From Acidimicrobiia bacterium (GTDB taxonomy: Bacteria; Actinomycetota; Acidimicrobiia; Spongiisociales; UBA11373), in assembly GCA_040882645.1 (NCBI GenBank), contig JBBEAX010000047.1, positions 30,697 through 80,567 of the forward strand: 49,871 bases of DNA, read 5' to 3'. Position numbers and translations under genes: made by a program. Below are positions 7,914 to 17,626 of the stretch, piece by piece (position 1 is the first letter of the stretch; every line of letters starts with the position of its first letter). The notes under the pieces are model-generated. The model had not been told where the DNA came from. It saw only the letters and a program-made list of their open reading frames with translations, and ran no database searches.

Positions 7914-8669
7914 ATGAAACGACGGGTGATCGCCTTCGACCTCGACGGGACGTTGGCAGTGACAAAATCGGCGATTTCCGACGTCATGGCCGACCGGTTG
8001 CGAGATCTCCTGTTGCTATACGAGGTCTGTGTGATTTCGGGCGGCAAGTTCGATCAGTTCAAGATCCAGCTGATAGACCGGCTCGATGTGAGCCCGAAGC
8101 AAATGTCGAGGCTCCACATCATGCCTACCTCTGGGACGAGGTATTTACGGTTCGATGAGCAGAAGCTCGATTGGGTCTTGCAGTATGCCGAAGACCTTTC
8201 CCCTCAAGAGCGAGCCCAGATCGTCGAGGTGCTCACCGCCGGCGCCAAGAAGCTGGGCTACTGGGACACCGAGCCCTTTGGGGACATCATCGAGGACCGT
8301 GGTAGCCAGATCACCTACTCCGCCCTGGGGCAGGAGGCACCGGCGGAGATGAAATATGCGTGGGATCCAGATGGGATCAAGAAGGAGGCACTCCGTGACT
8401 ACGCCGCCGAACAACTGCCCAATCTGGAGGTACATGTTGGTGGAACCACTTCGGTCGATGTGACCGAAGCGGGGATCGACAAGGCCTACGGGATGAGAAA
8501 GTTGATGGCCGTCCTCAACCTGACCAGCGACGACATCTTGTTCTTTGGCGACAAGCTCGATGAGGGTGGTAACGACTATCCGGTCAAATCGGTAGGGATC
8601 GACACCATCGCGGTCAAGAGCTGGGAAGAAACCGCCCTGGTGCTCCAGGCCATTATCGAGGTGTCCTGA
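7914..8669 (+). CDS. HAD-IIB hydrolase, eukaryote-type phosphomannomutase-like
   Basis: FDLDGTL, VISGG, IEDRGSQIT, GGTTSVDV, FFGDKLDEGGNDY. Confidence 0.85.
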   Translation: MKRRVIAFDLDGTLAVTKSAISDVMADRLRDLLLLYEVCVISGGKFDQFKIQLIDRLDVSPKQMSRLHIMPTSGTRYLRFDEQKLDWVLQYAEDLSPQERAQIVEVLTAGAKKLGYWDTEPFGDIIEDRGSQITYSALGQEAPAEMKYAWDPDGIKKEALRDYAAEQLPNLEVHVGGTTSVDVTEAGIDKAYGMRKLMAVLNLTSDDILFFGDKLDEGGNDYPVKSVGIDTIAVKSWEETALVLQAIIEVS

Positions 8670-8799
8670 CCGTCGAAAGCATCGCAGCCGTCGCACGACC
8701 GAACACGGGTTTCAGCAACCAACGCGTGCTCATCGTTCCGATCGTCGGGGTGCCAGGCGCTCGACGCCCCTGAAAGTCGCCTGTTGCTCCGTGCTCATA

Positions 8800-10170
8800 T
8801 CAGCGGATGACACGTTGCCACCTGCCGTAGCGCTCCCGGACAGGTCCGCGACGGAGGCTGAGCAGGATCAGCAGAGCGCCCGCGGCGATGTCGTTCCATC
8901 GGGAGGCCGTCGTACCGCCCCCTAGCAGCCAGGGGGCGGCGACGATCCAGGCGCCGAAGGCGACGTTGAGGAAGCGAGCGGCGCGGCCCACCTCGGCCAG
9001 GGCGATTATCGCCACGGTCACCACCAGCGCCCCGACGAGGTTGTCGCTGTCTGCTGCCCTGCCCACGGTCCCGAACACCGCGGGCGAGGCCATCAGCCAC
9101 AAACCTACCGCCGCGCTGGCGAGCAGGTTCCATGGAAGCGTCACACCCCACTTCATCGCCTCGGCGCTCACCACGTCAGGGCGGACCTCGGCGTCGGTGC
9201 CGGTCTCGGTGAGGGTGCCGCCCATCCAGAAGATACGCCAGACCGATTCGCCGTCGCGCCGGGCCTGGGCCAGGAACTGGCCCATGGCGACTACCTCGTC
9301 GAGGGTGAGGGCGATCATGATCAGCATCGCCAGGGCAGCGATCAGGCAGGGCGTGCACCAGGCGCCGACCGCCACCGGCTGGAGGATGATGAGGGTGACG
9401 CTGGCGATGCCGAGGGGCACCACCAGGATGCCGAAGAACGCCACCATCCAGGGCATGGTCCGCCAGCGCGCCTTGTCGCCCATGAACCCCATCAGCGCCT
9501 CGATCATGTACAGGACCGCGCCGAGTCCGGCGTCGGAGATGGGGAAGGAACGCGAAACGTCTGAGTTGAGGACCGCTCTGGTCCCGGGATCGAAGAACGG
9601 CTCCCACACGGAGCTGGTGTAGCCGAGCTGAAATGCGGCCATCTGCCGAGAAAGGAAGAAGCCGACCAAGGCGAGCGCGATGATGGGCGCCCGTTGTGAC
9701 CAGGTCGAGGGGTTGTAGGACCAACCGGGTGGCGCGTCCGGGCCCGGAAGCATCCGCATACCCGGCATCCCCGGCATGAGCAGGACGAAGGCGATCACGA
9801 GCGCCCCGGTGAGAGTGTCATTGGCGTAGGCGGCCGCCGTCGGCGCCTTGAAGACGAGCGGGGCGAAAAGCAGCCACACCCCGACCAGCGAGTTCGCCCA
9901 TGGCGCCCACGCCGACCCGCGCGTGAGTGTCACGGTGGAGAACCCGATCACAAGGGCCCCGCTGATCACATCACTCCACGTGAGCGCACTGCTGCCGTAG
10001 TCCAGAGCGAAGGGACTCGTGATCAACCAGACACCCAAAATGATGGCGGCGAAGAAGTGGGCCGAAGGCGCCGCCTGCCCGTGGGGCGTCATCGCGCCGG
10101 ATCTCTCCTCGGGTTTGGCGACGGCCTGGCCTTGGGCCGGGTGCTGGCCGTGGCCCGGGTCAGCTTCCAC
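8800..10170 (-). CDS. SPW-repeat / vitamin K epoxide reductase family membrane protein
   Basis: Repeated G.WL..SP/AP helices, PPGWSYNPS, ISDAGLG, RWRTMPW, AWCTPC CxxC. Confidence 0.85.
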   Translation of the reverse strand: MEADPGHGQHPAQGQAVAKPEERSGAMTPHGQAAPSAHFFAAIILGVWLITSPFALDYGSSALTWSDVISGALVIGFSTVTLTRGSAWAPWANSLVGVWLLFAPLVFKAPTAAAYANDTLTGALVIAFVLLMPGMPGMRMLPGPDAPPGWSYNPSTWSQRAPIIALALVGFFLSRQMAAFQLGYTSSVWEPFFDPGTRAVLNSDVSRSFPISDAGLGAVLYMIEALMGFMGDKARWRTMPWMVAFFGILVVPLGIASVTLIILQPVAVGAWCTPCLIAALAMLIMIALTLDEVVAMGQFLAQARRDGESVWRIFWMGGTLTETGTDAEVRPDVVSAEAMKWGVTLPWNLLASAAVGLWLMASPAVFGTVGRAADSDNLVGALVVTVAIIALAEVGRAARFLNVAFGAWIVAAPWLLGGGTTASRWNDIAAGALLILLSLRRGPVRERYGRWQRVIR

Positions 10171-11284
10171 TGGTCGTTTCCTGGCGTCTGCGATGCTTGG
10201 CGAGCTTGTTTAGGGAACGGGACGGCTCCAACTCATTCTCGCGGTACCAACCCAGTGGGTCCTTCTCGAGCGCGGCGACGATCACAGGAAGCGTGGCGCG
10301 CAACGAGCGGGTCGGCTCCCACCCCAGCATCGTGCGGGCCCGGGTGATGTCGAGGGCGTAGTGGTCGCTGGCGCGGTCGATCATCCACGGCCTGATCCAC
10401 CGCTCACGCCCGGGGATGCGGGCCAGCAGCCAAGCGCCGATCTTGATCAGCGGCTTCAGCTGTATCGGGATCGGGATCGTCTCCAGCTCCTTGCCGTGAA
10501 GCAGGCGTGCGAAGGTGTGCTGGAGTTCGTCGTAGGTGAGCGTCTCCGCCTCGCCGAGCAGCAGCGGCAGCTCCGGCGGCAGCGCCTCGCGCCGCTCCAC
10601 TAGCGTAACGATGGCGTCCACCAGATCGTCCATGTGCAGGTAGGACGCGCCGTGGGCGGTGGTGCCCGCATAGACGTGGCTGCTGAGCTGGCGCTCATAT
10701 ATGCGCTGGATTTGCTGGGCCAGGGGGATCGAGTGACACCCGTCGTCATAGACGCCAGCGATGCGCAGCAGCACAGCGGGGATGTCGCCGCGCCTGTCGT
10801 GGATCACCTGCTCCGTCTTCACTTTCGACTCCGGATAGGCCCAGCTCGGGTCTATCGGCGAGTCCTCGTCGATGAGCTGGCCGGGCTGGGCGGGTCGGTG
10901 TATGAGCATCGTGCTGGAGAAGATGAACTGCTCGACACGGAAGTCGAGCTCATGCAATCCCCGCAGCAGCCGGCCTGTGCCGCGTACTGTGATCTCTTCG
11001 TACTGCGGGCTCGGTTCCCCCAAGAAGTCGTAGTAGGCGGCGAGATGGACGAACGACGCAACGTGGCCCCCGTGGTGCTGTTGGATCGCGGCAAGCCCCT
11101 CCCGTACGCTCTGGTCGGAGGTGACGTCGACGGGGACGCCCACACAGCCAGGCGGGGGCGGGTTGTCCGCTCTGCGATCGAAGCCGACCACCTCATCGAA
11201 GCGGCTGGTGAAGCGCTGCATCAATGCTTCCCCGATCCGACCGTTCGAACCGGTGACGATGATGATGCCGTTGTCTGCCGTCAT
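10160..11284 (-). CDS. NAD-dependent epimerase/dehydratase (extended SDR)
   Basis: VTGSNGRIG, HLAAYYDF, FSST, YPESK (YxxxK). Confidence 0.9.
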   Translation of the reverse strand: MTADNGIIIVTGSNGRIGEALMQRFTSRFDEVVGFDRRADNPPPPGCVGVPVDVTSDQSVREGLAAIQQHHGGHVASFVHLAAYYDFLGEPSPQYEEITVRGTGRLLRGLHELDFRVEQFIFSSTMLIHRPAQPGQLIDEDSPIDPSWAYPESKVKTEQVIHDRRGDIPAVLLRIAGVYDDGCHSIPLAQQIQRIYERQLSSHVYAGTTAHGASYLHMDDLVDAIVTLVERREALPPELPLLLGEAETLTYDELQHTFARLLHGKELETIPIPIQLKPLIKIGAWLLARIPGRERWIRPWMIDRASDHYALDITRARTMLGWEPTRSLRATLPVIVAALEKDPLGWYRENELEPSRSLNKLAKHRRRQETTSGS

Positions 11285-11434
11285 GGTGATCGTCCGTTTA
11301 TGTCCTCATCGTCCTGCTTGGCCCTGCCAGCATCCGATTCCGGACGAGATCTCGTCTGCGGGATTCTACCGATTTGGTCCGCGGCACGATCAACCCGAGG
11401 CACCAGCATCCTGGCTCGACGTCGCGTTGCCGCG

Positions 11435-11502
11435 GCGACGGTCGACCGCCCTACGAGCGCCTGATCGCCGACGCGGCTGGCTGGGGCCGGACCGAGGCGG
11501 AG
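11435..11502 (+). pseudogene. Relic of the 3' end of a second zwf gene with an internal deletion
   Basis: 11435-11474 matches zwf 14830-14869 at 37/40 nt; 11480-11502 resembles 14983-15005; reads [22 protein letters not shown]. Confidence 0.75.
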
Positions 11503-11595
11503 CGGCTGATCGCCCCAGGCGAGCACGGGCACGTACCGGGCTCCGTTGCGCCTGCCAGGCTGAGGCGTGCACTAGCGCGGGCCGTGTCATGCCGC

Positions 11596-12303
11596 TCAGG
11601 CCGGTAAGCCCCACACGCCGGGCAACGGGCTCTCGAGCGTGGCGATCGCATGGTCTGCGCCCACGGCGAGCAGCTGCTCGATGGAGTACTTGCCGGTGGC
11701 CACCCCGATCGCGACCGCGCCGGCGGCATGGGCCGCCTCGACGTCGCGGGGCGTGTCGCCGACGACGAGGACACGCGAAGCGTCGAGGGGGTGGCCGTGG
11801 ATGCGCCCGGCACGCTCGATCGCCATACGGGTGAGCGTGCCCCGGTCACTGGAGTCCGAGCCGTAGCCGCCGAAGCAGAAGAAGCGGTTGAGACTGCCGC
11901 AGGCGAGCTTGATATGGGCTGCGCTCTCCAGGGCGCCGCTGACGATGCCGAGCAGGATGCCGGCCTCCACCAGTCGCTGGAGCAAGGCGTCGACGCCGGG
12001 CATGACCCGATAGCCCGGCGACACTTGCACTTCCTCTTCGAGCCCTTCGAGATAGGCGCCCAGCAGGCGTGCCATCTCGCGATCGGTCGGCTCCCGGCCG
12101 ATCACGCGCCCGAAGGTGAGCCTGCCCACCTCCGGATCGGTCATGCCCGCCTCGGTAAAATCCCCGATGTCGGCCGGGATGCCGTGCAGTGCCTCGAAGG
12201 CACGGCGCCACGAGCGGGTTCCCGCCCCGCCGGTCGAGATCAGGCAGCCATCGATATCGAAAAGGACCGCCACGGGCGCGAGTTCGTCGTTCTCGTCGTC
12301 CAT
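11596..12303 (-). CDS. HAD-family hydrolase (phosphoglycolate phosphatase-like)
   Basis: VLFDIDGCL, GMTD, VVGDTPRDVEAA; start trimmed to ATG 12303. Confidence 0.85.
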   Translation of the reverse strand: MDDENDELAPVAVLFDIDGCLISTGGAGTRSWRRAFEALHGIPADIGDFTEAGMTDPEVGRLTFGRVIGREPTDREMARLLGAYLEGLEEEVQVSPGYRVMPGVDALLQRLVEAGILLGIVSGALESAAHIKLACGSLNRFFCFGGYGSDSSDRGTLTRMAIERAGRIHGHPLDASRVLVVGDTPRDVEAAHAAGAVAIGVATGKYSIEQLLAVGADHAIATLESPLPGVWGLPA

Positions 12304-12655
12304 CGTTGGTCCCGTCTTTGAGAGCGCGCGATCCATCGTACGTTCGTGGCGGTGGAAGATCTCGATGTACTCGACGACCGCGCCCGTGACTCGGTCCGGA
12401 TTCGCTCGCAGCGGCGGGGAACGCGCCGGACTCCAGGCGGGGTAACCACTGCGGAGCGGGGCTGTAGTAGCTTTGTTCGCGTGAAGGGTCTGCTCCATGC
12501 GCCCCAGCGGCCTTCGATGCCTGGCGAGATCCCCGCTGCCGCCACCCACGCAGCCGCCGCCCGTCAGGTTCAACCATGATGGGGTGTGGCGACCGACCCG
12601 CGAAGAGGGGAGAGCAGTGCTCCCATGACACGGTCCAGCAAGGGAAAGGTCAATA

Positions 12656-13675
12656 GTGCGGCTCGGCCTGATCGGGCTTGGGAGGATGGGTGCCAACATG
12701 TCGCGGCGGTGGCGGCGTAGCGGCCACGAGGTGGTTGGCTACGCACGCACCGCCAAGACGGTCGAGGGCTTCGTCGCCGACGGAACCATCAGCGCCGGTG
12801 CCAGCTCGCTCGAGGATCTCGTTGCCCAACTTCCGGCGCCGCGGACCGTCTGGCTGATGGTGCCCGCCGCCTCGGTCGATGCAACGCTTGAGAAGCTGGT
12901 CCCGTTGTTGGCATCGGGCGACACGGTCGTCGATGGAGGCAACTCCTATTACCACGACGACATTCGCCGCTCCAAGGAACTGGCCAACCGGCAGATCGAC
13001 TACCTCGACTGCGGCACGAGCGGAGGAGTGTGGGGCCTCGAGCGCGGCTACTCCCTGATGATTGGGGGTCCGGGTGCCGCCGTCGACCGCCTCGACCCGC
13101 TGTTCCTGGCGTTGGCACCCGGGGTAGAGGCGGCACCGCGCACACCAGGCCGGACCGGCCCACCGACGCGGGCCGAGCAGGGGTACCTTCACTGTGGCCC
13201 GTCCGGTTCCGGGCATTTCGTCAAGATGGTCCACAACGGCATCGAGTACGGTCTGATGGCTGCTTACGCCGAGGGTCTCAACATCCTCCATCACGCGGGG
13301 GCGGGCTTCGAGCAGCGCGAGGTCGATGCCGAGACGTCGCCGCTGCGCGACCCCGAGCTCTACCAGTACCGGCTCGACCTGCCAGCGGTCACCGAGGTGT
13401 GGCGGCGCGGCAGCGTGATCGCCTCGTGGCTGCTCGATCTCACCGCTCAAGCCCTCGGTCAGAGCCCCGATTTGGCCGACTTCGACGGTCGCGTCTCCGA
13501 TTCAGGGGAGGGGCGCTGGACGAGCATCGCCGCCATCGACGTCTCGGCGCCGTCTCCGGTACTGACCGCGGCGCTCTACTCCCGCTTCTCGTCGAGGGGC
13601 GAGGCCGACTTCGCCGACAAGGTGCTATCGGCGATGCGCTTCGGTTTCGGCGGACATCTCGAGGCTGGCCGGTAG
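12656..13675 (+). CDS. gnd: 6-phosphogluconate dehydrogenase, decarboxylating (short type)
   Basis: [49 protein letters not shown]. Confidence 0.95.
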   Translation: MRLGLIGLGRMGANMSRRWRRSGHEVVGYARTAKTVEGFVADGTISAGASSLEDLVAQLPAPRTVWLMVPAASVDATLEKLVPLLASGDTVVDGGNSYYHDDIRRSKELANRQIDYLDCGTSGGVWGLERGYSLMIGGPGAAVDRLDPLFLALAPGVEAAPRTPGRTGPPTRAEQGYLHCGPSGSGHFVKMVHNGIEYGLMAAYAEGLNILHHAGAGFEQREVDAETSPLRDPELYQYRLDLPAVTEVWRRGSVIASWLLDLTAQALGQSPDLADFDGRVSDSGEGRWTSIAAIDVSAPSPVLTAALYSRFSSRGEADFADKVLSAMRFGFGGHLEAGR

Positions 13676-13679
13676 CCCG

Positions 13680-15065
13680 GTGGGTGGGGAGCGCTCGGAC
13701 GCGTTCGTCTTCTTTGGGGCGACGGGAGATCTGGCGTTCAAGCAGATCTTTCCGGCCCTCCACGGCCTGATCCGCGACGGCGGCTTCGACATGCCGATCA
13801 TCGGGGTGGCGCGATCGGGTGATCTCGACTCGCTGCGGGAGCGGGCGGGCCGCAGTGTGGAGTGGAGCGGCCGCGCCGATCCGAAGGCGCTTCGGCGGCT
13901 GATCGAGCGGCTTCGCTACGTCAAGGGGTCATACGACGACCTCGAAACCTTTCACGCCCTGCGTCGCGAGCTTGCCGACGCCGAGCACCCGCTGCACTAC
14001 CTGGCGATCCCGCCGGTCCTCTTCGACGACGTCATTGCCAACCTGGCGGCGGCCGGCTGTGCCGAGGGGGGGCGGGTGATCCTCGAGAAGCCGTTCGGAC
14101 GAGACCTTGCCAGCGCACGCGCCCTCAACGCCATCATTCAACGGGCATTTCCGGATTCGTCGATCTTCCGCATCGACCACTTTCTCGGCAAAGAGCCGGT
14201 GCAGAACCTCCTCTACTTCCGGTTCGCCAACTCGTTCATCGAGCCGCTGTGGAACCGCGACCGTATCTCCAGTGTCCAGATCACGATGGCTGAGGCGTTC
14301 GACGTGGGCACCCGGGGCGGGTTCTACGACGGGCACGGCGCCATCCGGGACGTGATCCAAAACCATCTCCTTCAGGTCGTCAGCCTCTTGGCGATGGAGC
14401 CCCCGTCGGGGCAGAGCCCGGATGCGGTCGCCAACGAGAAGTTGAAGGTGCTCGACTCGATCCGGCCGCTCCGCCCCGACGATGTCATCCGCGGCCAGTA
14501 CCGGGGCTACCGCGAGGTCGCCGGGGTCGCCCCCGACTCCACCGTCGAGACCTTCGCCGCCGTTCGCCTCGAGATCGACAGCTGGCGCTGGGCAGGCGTG
14601 CCGTTCACCATACGGACGGGCAAATCCCTCCCGGTCACGGCGACCGAGGTCCACGTGACGCTGAGGCCACCGCCTCAGGGGGTCTTCGGGGAGGACGCCC
14701 TGCCCGAGGGCGACTACATCCGCTTCGGGTTGACCCCGAACGTGTCGATCTCGCTCGGCGCCCGGGTCAAGCGGCCGGGAGAGGCCATGGTCGGTGAGCC
14801 GGTGGAGCTGGTCGCCTGCCATCGCAGCAGCGACGGGCGACCGCCCTACGAGCGCCTCATCGGCGACGCAGCCGAAGGCGACCAGTCGCTCTTTGCCCGC
14901 GAGGACTGGGTCGAGGCGGCGTGGAGGGTGGTCGAGGGTGTACTCGACGATCGCACTCCAATCCAGGAATACGAGCCGGGAAGCTGGGGCCCACCGGAGG
15001 CGGAGGGCCTTCTGGCCGTGAGCGATCACCGGAACCCACCAAGGTTCGCTCCGCCTGCGGGCTGA
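13680..15065 (+). CDS. zwf: Glucose-6-phosphate 1-dehydrogenase
   Basis: [44 protein letters not shown]. Confidence 0.95.
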   Translation: MGGERSDAFVFFGATGDLAFKQIFPALHGLIRDGGFDMPIIGVARSGDLDSLRERAGRSVEWSGRADPKALRRLIERLRYVKGSYDDLETFHALRRELADAEHPLHYLAIPPVLFDDVIANLAAAGCAEGGRVILEKPFGRDLASARALNAIIQRAFPDSSIFRIDHFLGKEPVQNLLYFRFANSFIEPLWNRDRISSVQITMAEAFDVGTRGGFYDGHGAIRDVIQNHLLQVVSLLAMEPPSGQSPDAVANEKLKVLDSIRPLRPDDVIRGQYRGYREVAGVAPDSTVETFAAVRLEIDSWRWAGVPFTIRTGKSLPVTATEVHVTLRPPPQGVFGEDALPEGDYIRFGLTPNVSISLGARVKRPGEAMVGEPVELVACHRSSDGRPPYERLIGDAAEGDQSLFAREDWVEAAWRVVEGVLDDRTPIQEYEPGSWGPPEAEGLLAVSDHRNPPRFAPPAG

Positions 15066-15070
15066 ACGTC

Positions 15071-15260
15071 ACCGAGCGCCTTGGGCTGGTTCAGGGTGAT
15101 GAGTCCGGCATGCCGGACAACTGGCAAGTTCGGGAGATCGTTGTCCAGCCCGGTAAGCGTCTCAGCTACCGCGCCACGGATTCCCCCGGAACCCCAATGG
15201 TGGGATGCCACGCCACCGAGCACGGCGCGCTGGAACGACGTCGCATCGAGGTCTCGGAGT
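15071..15260 (+). pseudogene. Frameshifted relic of a mannose-6-phosphate isomerase type II cupin domain
   Basis: Pieces ER(P)WGWFRV and QVREIVVQPGKRLSY(Q)RH lie in shifting frames; match the RPWG...V.PG.RLS.Q.H signature. Confidence 0.65.
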
Positions 15261-15356
15261 GAAGCTGTCGCGCCCGCCGGTCGCGCGATTCGTCTCCTTC
15301 TTCCTGGCGATTGGCCGGTCTACTGGTCGGCAGCTAATCGCTAATCGCCGGGCTCG

Positions 15357-15705
15357 TCAGAGCCCTCTCGCGAATGCCTCTACCTGGGCGGGGAGGCAGT
15401 TCTGGAGGGCTCGTCGTCGGACCATTCCCCAGAACATTGTGGCCAGCATTCCCTTCGGTTCGGCGTCCATCGACACCGCGATCTCGTCGGGGGTGATCTC
15501 CACGGCGATTGCACCGCGGATTTCGGGCGAGTCGAGGATGAGGCGCATGCGCTCATTGGCACCGATTCGGGCACCGTCGTCGGCGTGGGTGGCCTCCCGC
15601 ACTTCCTCGATCGGCCCGATGTTCCTCCAGGTTTCCGCCCGCTGAAGTGCGGCCCACACCTTGGGCGTCGTCACTGTCACGGAGGCGGTGTGGGGTATCG
15701 GGCAC
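15357..15705 (-). pseudogene. Probable degenerate SRPBCC-like gene
   Basis: HTASVTV..KVWAALQ.AETW is SRPBCC-like; GTG at 15705 is out of frame with the body, which also looks short. Confidence 0.4.
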
Positions 15706-15730
15706 TGTGTCGGGCCGATAGCCCGCGGGG

Positions 15731-16213
15731 TCAGCAGGCCAGGGAGACGACGTACCCGAGGCCTTCCGCCTGCCGCCTGACTGCGTCACAGGCACTGGTG
15801 ACCCGGTTGGCCAGCGCATCGATCTCGCTGGACGCAAGCAAGGCCTCGCCGAACGACTCGGAACCGAGCCCGGCCGTATCGGCGAGGAAGGACTGGCCCG
15901 CCGCGATCAAGTCCTCGAATGCGGCGATCAGCACGAGGTGCTCGGGTTCGAGCTGGTCGGGGGGAGCGAGTGCCTCGATCGCAGCAAGCGCCGTCCGTCG
16001 GGCGTCGACCACTTCGGCGACCTGCTCGTGGGTTGGTGCCGCCCCCGGCGGCAGCGCCTCGAAGGAGTCACGGGTCATCTGCACCGTGATTCCCGACAGG
16101 TCGTTCAGGTAGCCCTCCACGGAAGGCGGCGAGCCACACGCGCTCAGGACAAGAAGCACGAGACCGAGAGCAATGCGCGATGCGCGATGCGCAACGCGAG
16201 GGACGTCAGACAC
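15731..16213 (-). CDS. Hypothetical lipoprotein
   Basis: Lipobox LSAC after a hydrophobic stretch. Confidence 0.7.
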   Translation of the reverse strand: MSDVPRVAHRASRIALGLVLLVLSACGSPPSVEGYLNDLSGITVQMTRDSFEALPPGAAPTHEQVAEVVDARRTALAAIEALAPPDQLEPEHLVLIAAFEDLIAAGQSFLADTAGLGSESFGEALLASSEIDALANRVTSACDAVRRQAEGLGYVVSLAC

Positions 16214-16236
16214 CTCCGTTAGCCCTCGACCCGTCT

Positions 16237-16288
16237 GTCGAATTGCGAATTGCGAATTGCGAATTGCGGGCCGAGCGAAGCGAGGCCT
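16237..16288. repeat. Intergenic heptamer array (GAATTGC)x4 followed by CCGAGCGAAGCGAGG
   Basis: 16237-16270 is the exact reverse complement of 31112-31145. Confidence 0.9.
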
Positions 16289-16297
16289 CGCGAGGCC

Positions 16298-17431
16298 TCA
16301 GCCGCACGCCGACAGGGCCTGGACACCCAGGTAGTCGGCCAGGGCTCTGCGGGTACTCGGCCCGAGCTTGCCGTCCACCGTCAGACCGCCGTATTCCTTC
16401 TGGAAATCGGCAAGTGCCTCCTGGGTCTTCGGTCCGAACACACCGTCGGCGGGACCCGGCTTGAAGCCGGCGATCGAGAGCAGTTCCTGGAGGTACTTGA
16501 CGTCCTGACCGCGGTACCCGGGCCGAATGATCCGGCCGCCGGGGTCGAGCGCCGGGAGCGAGCCCAGCATCTCCGACACCGTCTCGACTGCTCTGCGGGT
16601 CTGAGGCCCGACGACTCCATCGGGGGTGATTCCGCGGCTTCGCTGGAATGCCTTGAGGCTGTTCTCGGTGAGCGGCCCCAGCACGCCGTCGTCCGATCCG
16701 GGGTTGTAGCCGGCGGCAGCGAGGAAGCGCTGCAGCTGACGTACCGCTTGTCCCTCGTCGCCGCGGCGGAGGAACTCCTTGCGGGCGAACAGGGCGTCGA
16801 GCGACCCGGATTCGGGCGGAGCGCAGTTGGACGGTGCATTGCCTTCGGCACCTCTGAGGGCTTGGTAGGGGTTTACCGCAGTGCCATGGTTGTCGTACAG
16901 CTCGAAGTGGAGATGGGGCGAAGTGCCCTCGGCGTTGCCGCTGTCGCCGACGTACCCGACGATCTGGCCGGCGGTGACCCGGGTACCCAGCTCGATGCCA
17001 GGGGCGATTCCCCAACCCTGGCCGTCATCGGTGCCGGGGGTGTCGTTGTTGAGGTGGATGTAGACGGTTTCCCAACCATCGGTGTGGCGGATCGCCAGTG
17101 TGCAACACCGGCCCTTGTAGCTGGCGTAGCTGGAGCCGTTGACTCGGACAACGGTGCCGTCGTGAGCGGCGAGCACCGGGACCATCTTGGCGGCCATGAT
17201 GTCGGCGGCGTGGTGGATCCCGTTTCCGCGGCGGGCAAAGAATGTGTCGCCGTAGCGGTTGGTGCCGGCGACCGGGAAGGTGAGGTCGTAGTCGACCATG
17301 TCGCCGTAGTCGTGGCTGGGCCCGTTGCGTGGAGTCTCGTGGTTGGCACTGGCCACGGGGGCGAGCAGGGTCATCGCCACTGCCGCGAGAAGCCCCACCA
17401 CTCCCAGTCGGGTCGATCTGTTCGGTCGCAT
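16298..17431 (-). CDS. Secreted M23 peptidase with C-terminal peptidoglycan-binding domains
   Basis: Signal peptide, HHAAD (HxxxD), YIHL, PHLHFE, repeated DG..GP.T PG_binding_1 motifs. Confidence 0.9.
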   Translation of the reverse strand: MRPNRSTRLGVVGLLAAVAMTLLAPVASANHETPRNGPSHDYGDMVDYDLTFPVAGTNRYGDTFFARRGNGIHHAADIMAAKMVPVLAAHDGTVVRVNGSSYASYKGRCCTLAIRHTDGWETVYIHLNNDTPGTDDGQGWGIAPGIELGTRVTAGQIVGYVGDSGNAEGTSPHLHFELYDNHGTAVNPYQALRGAEGNAPSNCAPPESGSLDALFARKEFLRRGDEGQAVRQLQRFLAAAGYNPGSDDGVLGPLTENSLKAFQRSRGITPDGVVGPQTRRAVETVSEMLGSLPALDPGGRIIRPGYRGQDVKYLQELLSIAGFKPGPADGVFGPKTQEALADFQKEYGGLTVDGKLGPSTRRALADYLGVQALSACG

Positions 17432-17626
17432 GTCGTTCCCGTCTTCGGCCGGTGTCGACTTCGACTTGCGTCGAAAAGGAGTCCGCAACGCTAACCCAAG
17501 ATCGCGAAAACCGAAAGTGCGGTTACAGCCGCGATCAGTGCCGACGCCGGTCAGCCTGGCACAGTCAGAAACTTAGGCGAGTCTCAACCCAGGGTCATTG
17601 GACTCTGCTGGGGATCTCTGGATGGG

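Noticed and set aside
17432-17626. c-di-AMP (ydaO) riboswitch upstream of the M23 peptidase
   Set aside because: Plausible from context, but the conserved GAATC/GGGGAACC/CCCGTCAGCTAAC-like segments are not seen.
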